A DNA stretch of 59,773 bases, filler included, from Streblomastix strix (lineage: Eukaryota), in NCBI GenBank assembly GCA_008636045.1. It is 3 parts of 3 records of this genome, joined end to end, with 100 filler letters (N's around TTAATTAATTAA, not from the genome) between each part and the next. Parts side by side here need not be neighbours in the genome. Positions count along the whole stretch, not along the records: positions 39,919 to 59,773 come from SNRW01000480.1; 2 more parts are not named here. The stretch is one strand, 5' to 3'. Made by a program: the position numbers and the translations under genes. Each line of letters begins with the position of its first letter. Position 1 is the stretch's first letter. This document shows positions 39,919 through 54,542 of this stretch, one piece after another. Below the pieces are notes generated by a model, which saw only the letters and a program-made list of their open reading frames with translations, did not search any database and was not told where the DNA came from.

Positions 39919-41229
39919 TCAATATTCACGTAAAAATTGTAAAGAGGTCGTACGTTTATGTAGTTTACAAAAATCTTTTAAATGAACTTTAGTTTGTTCC
40001 AAATCAATAATTCGAAGAAACTTGCAGGGATAGCGATTATTACAGTTACTAACTTTTTTTTGGAATGCTTAAGCATATAAACTGAAAGATGGTATTAAGT
40101 TTTTCTATTACCTTACTAATCTTGAAGCTGAAATAATAACAAAAATTTCATGTTATTCCAGTTCTATAATTTAATTAAAAATTCATATAAATTCAATAAT
40201 TGAAAATATAATTATTATCATCGAACTGCAATAGTTTTTGTAATAATTAAAAACTTCAATCAACAAGATTATAAAGAATTGCACAAGATCTACAATAAAA
40301 AAAATATTGACATCAAACAAATATAAATATTAAATTCTAATAAGTAAATAGAAAAACTATAAATTATGATGTTAAATAATAATGATTGTTTAGTTATTAA
40401 AAAAAAAAGAAAACTTTATTTTCTTTATTTCATGTTTATTAAACTTATTTCAATATAATTCCCAATCTTCTTACTATTTTTCACCAAAATATTCATCAAC
40501 TTCATCTTATTCATCAAAATCTTATTCATCATAATCAGGTTGTTGTAATTATTAAATACTTTATTCTAATTGCTATACGCTATATTTCTATTATTTATAT
40601 ATTTATTCATATAGTTCTTTGTCATCTAATTATTGCTATTCAGAATTTGGTTATTATTTTGCTTCTGAAGCTGATTATTGTTAATGTAATTGATCAGATT
40701 ATTGTTGCAAAGGACTTGATTAATATTATCTGGCAAATTCATGTTATTTTCGTACAGTGGCTATTTATTATTATTATTATAATTATGAATCTAAAAATGA
40801 TTATCTTCTATATTGTATTTATTACTATCTTGATGTAAATATTTTTTTTATTGTAGATCTTGTGTAATTCTTTATAATCTTGTTGATTGAAGTTTTTAAT
40901 TATTACAAAAACTATTGCAGTTCGATGATAGTAATTATGTTTTCAATTATTGAATTTTTCTATGAATTTTTAATTAAATTATAGAACTGGAATAATATGA
41001 AATTTTTGTTATTATTTCAGCTTCAAGATTAGTAAGGTAATAGAAAAACTTAATACCATCTTTCAGTTTATATGCATAAGCATTCCAAAAAAAAGTTAGT
41101 AACTGTAATAATCGCTATCCCTGCAAGTTTCTTCGAATTATTGATTTCGAACAAACTAAAGTTCATTTAAAAGATTTTTGTAAACTACATAAACATACGA
41201 CCTCTTTACAATTTTTATGTGAATATTGA
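39919..41229. repeat. Fold-back: ~400-bp inverted arms (39919-~40316 and ~40831-41229) around a ~510-bp spacer
   Basis: TCAATATTCACGTAAAAATTGTAAAGAGGTCG... versus ...CGACCTCTTTACAATTTTTATGTGAATATTGA, with a few mismatches. Confidence 0.92.
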
Positions 41230-41759
41230 ATTTTAAACAAGTCATATTGTTTCAGATGAAAAATATATTTTTACTTAATATTTTATTTTTATTTATTCTT
41301 TATATTACCTTTTTCGTTTTATTTAATAACACTTTTTAAATATGATTGATTATCTTCGTAAATATTTAATTTAATTCACTGCATCTGTATAAAAAGTAAA
41401 GCGATTATATTTTTTTATTTTTTATTTATTTATTATTCCATTTTCTTTAATATTTAATTTTAAGACTAATTCAAAATCGTCGAAAAATAAATAGAATTTG
41501 ATAAAATTCTGAATGAATTTAAAATTAATTATAATCTTATAAATTTTTCAAAAAATTTATATAATTTAAATTTTTTTTTTATTTTAAAAAATTATTTTAT
41601 AAATTTTTAATATATTAATTTTTTTAATGTAAATAATTTAATGTTTAATAATTTTTATTTCTAAATTATAAGCTTCATAGTTAATTTTAATAGTTTAATA
41701 AAAAAATTTAAATTCAATTTCTTTCCTATTATTTATTGTTCTATTTTTTTTTTACATTA

Positions 41760-43000
41760 TCTACAAGAAATTTATACTTCAGCAATATCTCATATTCATC
41801 TATGTAGAAAATTAACTGTAATTATTTACTATTTGAGATAAATGTTGGAACTATATTGAAATCAAGTAATATCACTTATACTTGAAGGAGATTTAATATC
41901 ATATTTACAAGTTATTGTAGTTCTTCAAACAACTCCATATATGGAAGAAAAATCAATATTTCTATCGATATATGCAGGACCTATTACAGCAGAAGGATAA
42001 ATAATATTAGTTATATCAATAATTTAAAGGTTAAAAAAATTTAAAGTTACAATTAATTCATTTACTTCTGATGGGGCTGCTGAACTAACATCTAGATTAT
42101 CTGTACTCTCCTCAAATAACTACTCAAAATTCGTTCCAGAAAGACTTGCAAAAGCAACACACTACTGTTGTGATTCTTATTTACTTGATTTAGCTTTTCA
42201 TAACTCTATATTTGAAATATAAACCACGGATCAATTTATTTAACAAATGAGAACTGAGGTTAGTAAATTACATTTAACAAACTTTGAAAGACATATTGGA
42301 GCGTACCGAAGAACAAACTCCGAAACATGACAGATTAGGTTATTAATTTCTAGTCAATGTCTTTTGAATTAGTTACTCTGATGGAATCGAATAGATCATT
42401 AGTAGTGATTGATTTTCTATTTGTTCACTTCCTACTTCGCACTATTAATCTGAAACAAACGAAATTTTTAGTGGAAACTGTAGAGATATTAATGATTCGC
42501 GGCTACTAAAAATTTTTTACAACTAATTGGAAATCGGTAAATTGGATCAATACGATGAATAAACGTTTCTCTCGATTCGGATCTGGTTTAAATTGCATGA
42601 CTTCAACTGAAGATGATTGTGACAGACTCTTCTCATAATCTAAAAGACCTTAAGGATCTTAAGGTTAACATTCATCTCTTTAAGCAATATTCAACCGACT
42701 TGACTGATCCAAATCAATTCATTTAATTAGATCTTGGTTTTTATATTACTTACTAAATAATATTAATAAATACTGTTATCAAAAAAAATTTAAACAAATA
42801 AATTGAGTAATCATATTATTTCTTTGATCAGTTAATAATTGCCTTATTTTTGAATCAAATTAACGTCTTTCTTCACTCTATGAAATATTTAAAACATCAT
42901 TATTTATGAATAAACGATTAACTTTTGCTAAAACTGTACAGTGAGAATTAAGCATAGCTGCAATTCTTATCTAATGGGAATAAATGCAAAAAATAGAGAG
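41760..43000 (+). pseudogene. Degenerate hAT-like transposase
   Basis: KVTINSFTSDGAAEL (xDGAx), then HYCCDSYLLDLAF (CxxHxLxLA-like) and a decayed TRW-position segment. Stops and frameshifts present. Confidence 0.55.
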
Positions 43001-45756
43001 ATTAATGCTTTGCTATTCATTTTCACTTCATATTATTTTCCTTTTTTATAATTTTTAAATATTTATTCTCTTAGATATAAATACTGTTATTTAGTTTATA
43101 TAATCACGAACATACAAACTATCTGGAAGCCTTTTTCTATGACCATTAATAATAATAAAGAAAAGTAAAAAAATTTTATATTCTACATTCATTCATTCAA
43201 AAATATTTCTTTATTTCATTCATTGAACAATATTTTATGATATAATATTAATCCTCCAAATAACTTGCATGCAGTTGCTCTCTTAATATTTTTCTATTCA
43301 TATATTTCAGATTTGATTGAATAACGTACTATTGATATTTTTGATAATATTGAATTAAACTTTAATAAAACGCAATAAAAATAAAAGATTTACTAAATGC
43401 ATATTGTAAAATTTTATTTAGATACATCTAATTCAAACTCCTTAAAATAAAGTAATTTCACCCTGAACTATTCCTGCTGAAGGATGTAGCACTTCTGCTT
43501 CCAATTTTATTTCAACTTATAAATAATTTAATATAATATTAATATACAATAAATAATATTATAAATAATGTTACAAGAATAGGAGTTTATACCGATAAAT
43601 CTTCCGCTCTTGAGCCTCAATCCTACAAAACCAATATATATCATTATTTATAGACTCTAACCCGTCTTTCCAAAAAAGCATGCAAAGCTAATTCGATCTA
43701 AAACCTTTATCCGAATTATTAAACAAATACGTGTATTATGAAAAATTAAACAAAAAAAGCAAAAACTACTTAAAAATTGCAAATAAAAAATTTCAAAGAA
43801 AATCAAAATTTATCAAAAATTCTCAAATTATGCAGGCTATATTTTCTTAGCCATGAATTTTCAACTAAGACGATAGTAATACACAATGATATACATGTCA
43901 TGAGCTATCTAATGAAATACAAAAAATATGCAAACCCGATTACCGGTCAATTGTGATCTTGCCGTAATTTCGGCAGTGGGACTCATATTTCTGTCTGTTG
44001 TATTCTATCTCACTTAATTAAAATCGCATTAACTTAATAAACATATTTTTTATTAGATTTTAATATTCAATTAAACATTTTTAATTATTGTTCATCGACA
44101 AATTTGACTTTCAAGAAAAGAATTGCGTACCGTTCAAAACAAATTCATAAAACTATTTATTATTTCTTTTTTACATTTATTTATGCAGTTAAAAATCAAT
44201 ATATATGAATATAATAAATTTTTTGTAATTCAATAAATCGAACTGTTTTCTCTAATTTTCTGTTCGAACTCCATTCCTGATAATATTTCAATTAAACTGT
44301 TAATAACTATTTTTCATATGCATCAAATTAAATTAATTTTCTTGAAAATTGTAAACTTTTAAACAATTAGATAAGCTACAATATTTCTTATTTTTTCGAA
44401 CAATTGTTAAAAATTTTTACCATTTACAATTTATCAATAAAAAGATTCAATGGTTATTTTTGAGTTATTAAGAAATTATTGATCTACGATATATATCTCA
44501 CAAAAATTCAACAATTCCGCAAGATCATCGACTTTAAGTTATAAGGAAAACATATTTTTATTTTTTTTATAAAATTATTTATAATTAAAATTATATTTAT
44601 GATTTTGATGCTAATTTTGTTAAAATAAATAAATTAAATTATTTTAATTTATTTTAATATTAAATAATAAATATTGAAAATTTCTTATGCATTTGAAGGC
44701 AAAAAGACTCAGAAATATGAATAATAAGAATATTAATTATACATTTTCGATAGTCTAATAAAATTTGCAGATATATTCAATTTCACATATGAAATATTTG
44801 TGAATTATTATTGAATATCATTTCGAGTATTTCTTGATTTTTAATGTATTAATATGATGTAAAGATTATGGTTCTTATACATTCTTTGCTCGAATTCCAT
44901 CGAAATATATGGGAATTGCTCAAATTACACTATCAGCACAATATACGAATAAAATGATCAATATTAATACATTTAGCAAATAGATTTATTATTAATATCA
45001 TTGTCATTCATTTAGAGTGAGGTAACTAAAGAAGTATATCATATATTATACATTTCATACTATTCGATAGTGTCCGTGCCATATTGTCCAATACCTGAGC
45101 TTAAGCTATTATGTAAGCTCAAAAATCGAATGCGAAAGCGATATGCGCAATCAGCTGCTCCATGAATTTCACTAAATAATATTAAATCTGCTACATAAGG
45201 GGTGCCCATAGAGTAGTTCCTACATCCGCGTCTGTCATCATAATTTCTCAATCGCTTACAAATGCAATAAAATTATTCCAGTTAGCAAATTTGTCCTTAT
45301 TAAAGGTTACCAACGGTGACGTATTCCGATCTGATCCCATTAAGGGGTCCAAATAGAACAACAACGCGTTCGCTTCCGGAATGCCTCATAATTCGCTTTC
45401 ATATTTTTCAAATGACCGATTCGTAAGGATAGGCTGTTCAATAGAGCACCCAGGAGAAGATATAATAGGCGATATTTGCACTATTTTCAAAAATAATAAC
45501 AATTAAATTAAAAAACGTTGTAAATAATAATCTTGCTTATCAAAACATAAATTTATGTTACAAAATTAAGTTTATTTACTAATTTCTAAGTCTAAAAAAA
45601 ATCGACCAAAAATTTAGGATTTCCAAATTTTGCCTGCAATATGATTTTAAACATTAAATTTTAAATTTAAATCTTACTTATTTATTATTTTATGACATTT
45701 CAGAAAGATTATTTATCAATATTTGTTTATTTAATTTAATTTTTTATTTCATTAGA

Positions 45757-45950
45757 TTTCTTGCAGTAGAACTTCTTCTTCCTGGAATAGCAGAACACAT
45801 AAGAGAAGTAAATGTTGCAATGTTTGATCGAAGAATTAAAAGTTCAGGTCTGATTCATTAATAAGAAGACTTGGATTAACAAAACGATAAATAATAGTCA
45901 AATATTAAGAAAGAAAAATAAAAGAAAGAAAACTAATAACAGAATGAGTG
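45757..45950 (+). other. Isolated exon-like coding fragment
   Basis: Acceptor-like TTTCATTAG followed by FLAVELLLPGIAEHIREVNVAMFDRRIKSSG. No upstream exons identified. Confidence 0.3.
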
Positions 45951-46676
45951 ATATTATTTAGATAATGTATGATTTAACTTTAAGTTCAAGAAAATTTATG
46001 CAATTTGATTATTAATTATTACAATTTTTATTTTTTTATTCAATATTAAGTAAAATAAAATAATCAGATATTTTGAATTACGCACTTTAAACTATTTATT
46101 TTGCATCCTCGCATTATAATAATAAATATTATTTATTAAAAAAAATAAAAATAAACAATTATTACAAATAATTAAAAACTCACAGAATTTGTATCAATAT
46201 AATAATAAACAAAATGATTGTGAATTGAATAACATTAAAAAAATTCAATATTTTATGAGAATCAAAATTATAAATGTTGTGATGAAAGAACATGAGCATT
46301 CTTGTTTTTGAAAATCATAAAGAAATTGATTAATAAAAATAATAAATGAAAAAAATAATAATAATAAAATGTTGATCAAGAAGACAATTTAAATTTAATT
46401 TCCTCAAATATAAGTTTTACAAAAAAGGGATATTTCAAGAGAAAATAATGATAATGATATGAAAGAAGAGTTTGAATATTTTATAAAAAATGCAAAAAAG
46501 AGTTTAAAAAATAAAATTATATTAATAATATTAATAATAACAATAATAAATCTTTAATTGGACGTATATTAATTTAATCCTATAAATTAATATATAAACT
46601 TAAGAATCTAATCTAATCTAATTTCATCAATTCTAATCAGATATATTATTTATAGTCTTCCTCTGGGTTTTCTTCT

Positions 46677-49179
46677 TCAAAGGTTATTATTCAGATGATT
46701 ATTATTGAAATGAAGAAGAAGAAGAAGAAGATTATTATGATTTTAAAATTTAATATTAATACTATTAATATTCCTGCTATTATTATTCTTGTTATTATTA
46801 AAGCAAACACTTCTCGTATTAAGATTTTGAAGATTATAATTCAGATTATGATGATAATTAAGAAGTTGAAGAAGAAGAAAAAAAAGAAGAAAATATTTGT
46901 GGAGAAGAAGAAAATATTTGTGGAGAAGAAGAAGAAGATTAAGACAACACAGTAGGTTAAGATTACTCTGAAAATTAAGATGGTTATAATGGATAAACTA
47001 CTGATTGAGCAATATTACTATTAATTAATAAACTACTACTGCAAGTATCACCCAATTAATAGTCCTATTCATCAATATTCTATAAATTATACTACTTAGA
47101 CACTTATTATAACTTCTATTACTATTACTACATTATATTATTATTCCCCATATCAAGACTCTAAGATGGACTTGAAGATAACAGAGGCGAATGAGTCTAG
47201 CTTCGAGGAGACCTAAAAGCCAATTATATACTCTATATACTCATTGTGCTTATATTACTTATTTAGCTTAGAGACCTGAATGATAAAGTAGACTATAGAG
47301 AAGGAGTCACAGATGGTGAATCTGGTATATAGGATTGTTTTAGTGGGGATGTTATTAGTGGGTTTCCTTGATTCTTGAGCTTGAATACGCGCTGGACGAC
47401 TGTGCGGCGTGGTGGAACAGCTGGATTGGGTATGATTTTGATGTTGTTATTTGAACTTTGGTTGTTGTTTGAGCTTGATCTAGTACTTGTAATAGAAGAT
47501 GTAGATTTGATTGAACTGGTTGTAGATACACTTCCGGAATTGCTGGTTTTGAAAGAGCTTCCTTGTTTATTGGAAGAGTGAATGCTATTTGATTGGACGG
47601 TACTATTTGACTCGATTGAGTTTATACTATTTTATGAATTTTTGTTATTGTCATTCTTATCTTTAGTGGAATTTAAATTGCTAACAATATTGATATTTGA
47701 ATTGTTGATTTTGTTTGATTAATCAAAAAATTATTATTTGCTTATCTAAGAGGATTGAAATTGCAAATTAGGATTTTCAACTTTGATTTTGTAATTATTT
47801 GCACCTCTTATATTAATATCTTTACTATTCTTTGTGACGCTATTACGGATTGGTATATTTGATTTAATTTTATTATTAAATTGGTTATTTGACAGTCTCA
47901 ATTCTTATTCTTCTTTTTGAATAAAAGAAATTGTTTTCCTTTTAGTTTTATCTTATGAATTTTATTCTTATTTTTATTTATTCTCTTTTTCTTATTATTA
48001 TCCAATCAAATATTTGCAATCTTTCTCAGCAAATGACTTTTATTCATTATTATTATTGTTAAAATTCAATTAATTTATATTTTTCATTTATTGAATGAAT
48101 TCATATTAATTATCGAATAAGAATTATTAGCTCACATTTTATTGATCAAATAAAACATCATCTGCATCAGGAGGTGATTAATATATTTATTACAATATTT
48201 AATCATCAATATCTTTATCTACTAACTATAATTCATCTTTATTCAATTATTTGATATTATTCACTTTTATTGGACTTATTTCATTTATTATTTAATTTAT
48301 TTTCTTATTCTTATGAATATTCAACTATTTTCCTTGCAATTGAATATCTTATTCTTTTTAAATGAATGTAGGAGATTTTATTTTAACTCTCATTTATGTA
48401 TCGATTTATTCTTTCTCAGGATCTGACTCCGGTTCTTGTGATGTGGAAGTATTTATTAATGCGTCTAATTGCATTTAACTGATTTTCTTGGCTTTCATTG
48501 ATGGTTTTGTGTTCTAAATGGAATTCTACTTCAATGTCTGTGGAGATTTATTCATTGATTGTGAATTTCTTTGGGTTTTCACTGAAAATATGAAACAATT
48601 AATAAAAAAATTAGTATTATAATGTAAATTACAGTAATGATATGATTTCATACTATTATATTTGTTGGAATTTCCTTCTTATTCATATGTCTATTACAAT
48701 TCAATTGATTCTTTCTCATCAATTTAACTGGGTCCATATCGTGGAATCACATCCACAATGTGCAAAAGTACATCTCGAATAGTCTAAGAGAAAGTAAATT
48801 ATAATTGACAGAAAAATAAATAGCATACACGCAATTCTTTGTATTTATGACTCACATGAGTTAGAAGTATATCAATTAATCCTTCGTTGTCAATAAAATC
48901 TATAATTTCATTAAAGAATCCTTAACGAAGTTCTTTGCAGATAATTTCAATCAAACTTCGAATATGCTGAGCTTGCATTATTTCATTATCAGAGTGTAAA
49001 AGATGCACTATATGCCCCAATTCTTCGAACTGTATGTTAAAAAATAGAAAAAAAAATATTTTCTAACAAAATAGCTTGCAAACATCAAGTTTCTGGGTTG
49101 GTTCCTATGACATTATATTTTGAACTACATCAATGTCTTAATTATGTTCCAAATTCACCTTCTGAATACTTGCACTCAT
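46677..49179 (-). CDS. Hypothetical multi-exon protein: helical (ARM-like) N-terminus + Ser/Gln-rich low-complexity tail
   Basis: MSASIQKVNL...FEELGHIVHLLHSDNEIMQAQHIRSLIEII...GLIDILL. GT-AG introns. Stop position approximate. Confidence 0.7.
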
Positions 49180-49929
49180 GCGATTCTGTGAAAATAAATT
49201 GAAAAATAAAAAAGTGAAAAACTCGTGTCAAAGAAAAAGTAGCATTTAGTTATTATAATAAAAACCTTTTGAATATAAAATATAATCTAACTTTAATATT
49301 TAAATTATTAGTATAAATAAAAAAAATGTGACAATTTGCATAAAATAAGTCAGGTCTTGAATTATGTTTGTTAAAGATAAATATTCAATATAAAATGAAT
49401 CAGAAGGTAGATTTTGATTATCAAAATGTAAATTTTGTGAAATTTAAGAAAAAAAGTTGATTTAAAAACATAATCCAGCAATTCTTTTATAATTGAAATG
49501 TTAATCATAATGTAAGAATAATAATTATTAATTTAAACCAAATTTATTTTCCAAATAAATAATATTAATGCTAATAAATTAGCTTAAGCAGAGAAAACTC
49601 TTTTAAACAAATTCCCATCTCTGGGACTTCAATATTCATAACAATAAATTTAAATTGAAAATTTAAACTTTTTATTTTCGTAATATTGATTCACAATATA
49701 TTGAAGATTAATACAAAGCATTCTTTAAGCTAAATATGTTTATACGAAAATAAATTATTGAATACTTTCTAAATATTTAATTATTCTTATTTTAACCTTT
49801 AACATTAATTTAATCAATTTAGAAAACACTTCCATACTCATACATTTAAAAATAATTAAATAAACTATATTTATATATTAATTAAAATGAAAAATAGAGC
49901 ATTAAATCAAAAATTACAAGATATTTATG

Positions 49930-51990
49930 CAAAAAAACGGCTACTCTAGAGGTATTGATGGCTGGACTCGCCTCACGAGGCGTATGAGAATGAATGATCT
50001 ATTGAACACTAATATAATCCATAAAATTCAAATTATGATCAAAAAATGATCAAATTTGAACTAGTAACCAAGGTGCTAGTAGCGAATTGTCTACTTTAAT
50101 CCACATGTAAGGAAGTGATCCTCGTGCGGTTATTTGGGAACACATGACGGACCTGCGATAGGCGTTTATACTCATGTTGGATGCAGAAGTGAGTAATGAT
50201 GAAATTGTGTTGACTGAATATATTTAGATTTCTATTCCGTAGTTCATACTACCAGTTTTATCTGCGTTTTTACACATCGTTCGTTGCATTATGAAAGAAT
50301 TCGATTAAATATCAGGTATGTAAAGTTAAGCATGGACTCGTTACTTTTAGATGCTTGTTGGATTGAAGATACCGTAATTTTCTGGTGAGGAATTCGCTGA
50401 GTACATGTTGTTGCTTCACGAAAAACGTTAACAGCAGCAGATCTAGAGATTGGAATTAATCTTTGTTACTCCGTCTTATTTTGGTAGGATCACGCTGACT
50501 TTTTTAAACTGGAAATCGCCAAAGCAGGTTTCGTTCAAGGACGCGCTTGGGGGTCTGTTTGAGCCAGGTAGACAAATCAATTCTTCATCTGTTGGCCCAA
50601 GTTATTAACAAGATACTCTTTCGTAAAATATGAACAATATGCTACATCCACAGGCGTTAAAACCGATACAATAGAAAAAAGAAAATGATAGGTATGTTTA
50701 TGATAGTAATGATAATGAGATTGACATGTATGGCTAGGATCATGTATAACATAGTTAATAATTATTGGGAAAAGATGGTTCCTTGTTAATTTAGGAAATT
50801 GAATAACTTCGGTAATTCAACTGGGAGCATGGAGAGGAAGATGCTCTGAGGCAGATCAGTTCAATGCCACCCCATATTCGAATGCCAGAGGATGCTGTTT
50901 CGGAAATTTCGAGGAAACGATCTTTATAGGTCAAAGCACGGGATCATTAAATGAGTACGTTAAGTCAAAAGGTCTTTAATTATGTTCGGCTGGAAATCGC
51001 TGTTCTAAATTGTGGTCAACTAGAAGATGGATTGAATTTATGACTACTAAGGGAATGGAAATATGTACTGAAATCGAAAGGATTTTGGTGGCAGCATTGG
51101 GGAGATAATTGGCAAGAGTCTCAACAGAATTGGGTAGATAGCGTTTATAGAGTATCTAGGATAATATAAATAATTCAGCAACTCAATCAAACTGGCGTTT
51201 TAGACCATGGTAATCGAAGAAGGTGCAATAGCGCAACGTAAATCAGACGAAATTTCCTTTTTTAGTCTAATAATTTATTCCTTAAAATCAAATGGCTGTC
51301 AAGAAAAGTTATAGATAATAGGATTTTCAATAGCTACGCATTTCCATCTCATTTAATAATTTACAACTGTAGAACCTTCAGAGAAATAATTAAATAAAAA
51401 CAATTGGGTGGTTAACCTCGATCTGAAACACGCTTATTCACATATACCAATGGAGATGGAATCTAGGATATGGCCAGGTTTCAGGTATAAAAACAAGAAT
51501 TACAGATAGATGGCTATATGCTTCGGCCAAGCAGTAGCTGCTCAAACGTTCACGCTTCTTATTAGAAAGGTAATTGCATAGTTGCGACCGTTGATACGGA
51601 TCGTTGCTTATCTTGATGACTTCCTACTTTTATTCAAAACTAAGGAAGAATCAGAAACTCTCATAATAGTGGCATTATAACCATTCACTAGCTTTGGCTT
51701 AATTATGAAATAACAAAAATCTAAACTAATTCTGGGGCACAGATTCTCCTATCTGGGATTGGATTGAGATACAATTGCGATGAAACTTTAACCTATAGAA
51801 AAAAGGATCAATAAAGCTAAAAGAATGGTAAAGGAAAGGATTTGCTAAACATTAAAAGGTATTTAAGCAACTGCATGCATCATATCAAAAATTATGGGAA
51901 TTTTTCATTCAATGTCAGTTTGCTAGTCTTCAACGTTTGTCAGGACGAGAAGTTTGATTACTGCAAAAGATCATGTGTTTGCTGATTTAC
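49930..51990 (+). mobile_element. Decayed DIRS-type retrotransposon: gag-like region + reverse transcriptase
   Basis: RKVIDNRIFN, WVVNLDLKHAY, HIP, GFRYKNKNY, CFG, IVAYLDDFLL (YLDD at 51609-51620), FGL...KSKL...YLG. Frameshifts and an in-frame TGA. GC raised from ~49930. Confidence 0.88.
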
Positions 51991-52739
51991 AATATATATG
52001 GACAGAACCACTTAGCTTTAACTTTTTCACGCTATTAGTCACAATAATCTCCGCATCTGATGACTATTATTACTTAGATCCAATTCATCAACGTAATGTT
52101 TAAATGATATGGATAATTTTATCCAAATAATTAAGACTCAAATTAACTAAATAATCTTCAAAAACAATAATAACATCCATATATTGTGTAAATGATACGG
52201 ATAATTTTTATACAAATATATATAACACAGAAGAATGTGTCATTCGTTAAAAATATTATATATAAAAATTATTTATATATTTAAACAGAATTTTCATTAA
52301 TTCATTCACTTTAATCATTAAGTTAATTAACTGCCTGTGGCAATAATAAATATTATTTAAATTCACAATTTCTGTCTTGATATTCATGCATCTAACCATG
52401 TCTTCGAAGGAATGTGAATTATTGTATTTCCATATATGTGTTTAAAGTGAATGTTGATAAATTAGATAATATTTCATAATTCAATTTTATAAATTAACGC
52501 ATTTCTTTAGGTGATTTGATTTATATGATTTACATTAATAACGACTTTACTAATTGTATCATTTATTAAAAATTAAAAAATATCGAAAAAGACCGTACAA
52601 TAAATTAATTTTTTTCACATATACAAAAGGCAGAAAAATATAGAATGAGTAAAATATAGATTTAAAATTTACTAGATCAATTATAAGTTGCATATTTACC
52701 TCATAATATATCATTTGAATTAAGAAATATGTTAATTAA

Positions 52740-54540
52740 TGAATTTTATCGTTAAAATTATTAAGGCTATATAACTGTTACATCTGAAATAGTTGCATTT
52801 GTTTAACGAATTGTTGCTGAAAGAATGAGATAGTAACAAGAATAACTGGAATAAGTTGAATAATAGTAATGACCACAAATATAACCATTAATTGGAAATG
52901 TTAATGAATTTCAACCAATAATAGAAAATGTTAATGAATAGTAACAAAAAGCATAATTAACTGCAAGCATTGATAATATTATAAATGATTAAGTTTAGCC
53001 TTAAAATACTAAAGAAGTTGAAATATTTAACTCTGTTAAGTATATCGAAAATAATAAATAAAAATTTGATGAAAATGGTCGAAGATAGCGAATGCAACAA
53101 TTGCTGTATGCATGACAATAAATCTCTAATTAAATACATTAATTTCAAGAATCATTACAAACAATAAACAATTTATTAAGAGAAGAATTTGATTTGAATA
53201 ATGAAACTGAATAACCAATTGAGATTAATACAAATTATTATAATGTTTTGTTTTCTGACTCTATGAATAAATAATTATTAGCTGATCAATAATTGAAACA
53301 TTTAAAATATTTAGGTTAATGAAAACTATTACATCAATAAGAGATACAAGAATTTAAGGACAAATTAGAGAAACAAAATAAAGCTGCTACACTAATCCAA
53401 AAGCATCATCGAAGACATATAGCTTAAAACAATTACAATAATTTATTGATGCAGCTAAATTGATTTAAGACTAAGGGAAGAGACATAGGTTATATAAATA
53501 GTTATAATAGATACTCATCAATTCTGGATATATGAGAGAGGGTGAAAAATCTGTTAGATTTCTCAATTATTTATATGTAAAATTAGGTGTAAAAAAAATT
53601 AAAATAGAAGAATGTAAAAGCTTAATGATGAATAATAAGGATTATATAAGGATCATTTTAGTGAACCAAATATTACACAAATAGAATAATTAAATAAAAT
53701 TTGAAAACTTTATTTGAAAGCATTTATTATCTTCACGCCATAGAAATTATCAGACTATTACGCCACACTAGCTCAGGCACGCAAGAGATATAAAAAAAAA
53801 GAACGCAGTTAATATTGAAGGACTATATGATTCATTAATATAGTCAAAAGGTATATTTAATAAAGAGCAATATATCTAATACTATTACAATCATTTCAAT
53901 GACTTGCAACAACTGAAAGATAAAAATGACTACGTTTATGAGTTAGAGAAAGCTAAACCATTTAAAGCATATATTGATTTTGGTTCTATCTAGTAGAATA
54001 AGTAATAAGTTTATTAGCATAAATAGACTCCAGATGAATATCATTATTGATTTACCAAACCTAGTGCTGAAACCAGTTACAAGACTCTTCCTTACACTGC
54101 TGTTCGAAGTAAACGGAATAATGACAATTTCAATTAGAAATCTGTTGGTTTACTATTGGATTACCAAGACTGTCTTCAAGAAGATTCAGCAACATTAAAG
54201 GTAGCACCATATTCGTTTTTGATTGTTGTTTATAGACTGCTATTAGGCACATTAACAGATAAAATATGCAATCACTTTAATAAAGAAGGTATCATTAGAA
54301 ATGTAGATTGTAAATACAAAATTTATTGGTTTATAGTTGAATCATTTGCTTCACTCACTGAAATTGATTGCACTTGTAGTAAAGTTAGTGATACAATTAA
54401 ATTATTTCTCTTATATCACGGTATAAATACAGGCAGTTGATTAAATTAGGCTAATAAATAATTTCTCGAATAATAAATAGGTTTCAATTTAGTTACTGAT
54501 CTTGAAAGATATCAATAAATATTAATGCGAATTTTAATAA
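52740..54540 (+). pseudogene. Degenerate intronless ORF fragments, possibly Polinton/virus-like
   Basis: IQ-like AATLIQKHHRRH near 53390, then KPFKAYIDFG, YSFLIVVYRL, GFNLVTDLERY, reminiscent from memory of N-terminal parts of Polinton-type polymerase ORFs. No PolB catalytic motif visible. Confidence 0.35.
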
Positions 54541-54542
54541 CA

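Noticed and set aside
43430..43730. Possible small spliced gene on the minus strand
   Set aside because: Intron-like signals are present, but no consistent frame or homology could be established.
39080..51990. Recombinase and RT as one DIRS element
   Set aside because: Opposite strands, 11 kb apart and separated by an artificial scaffold linker.
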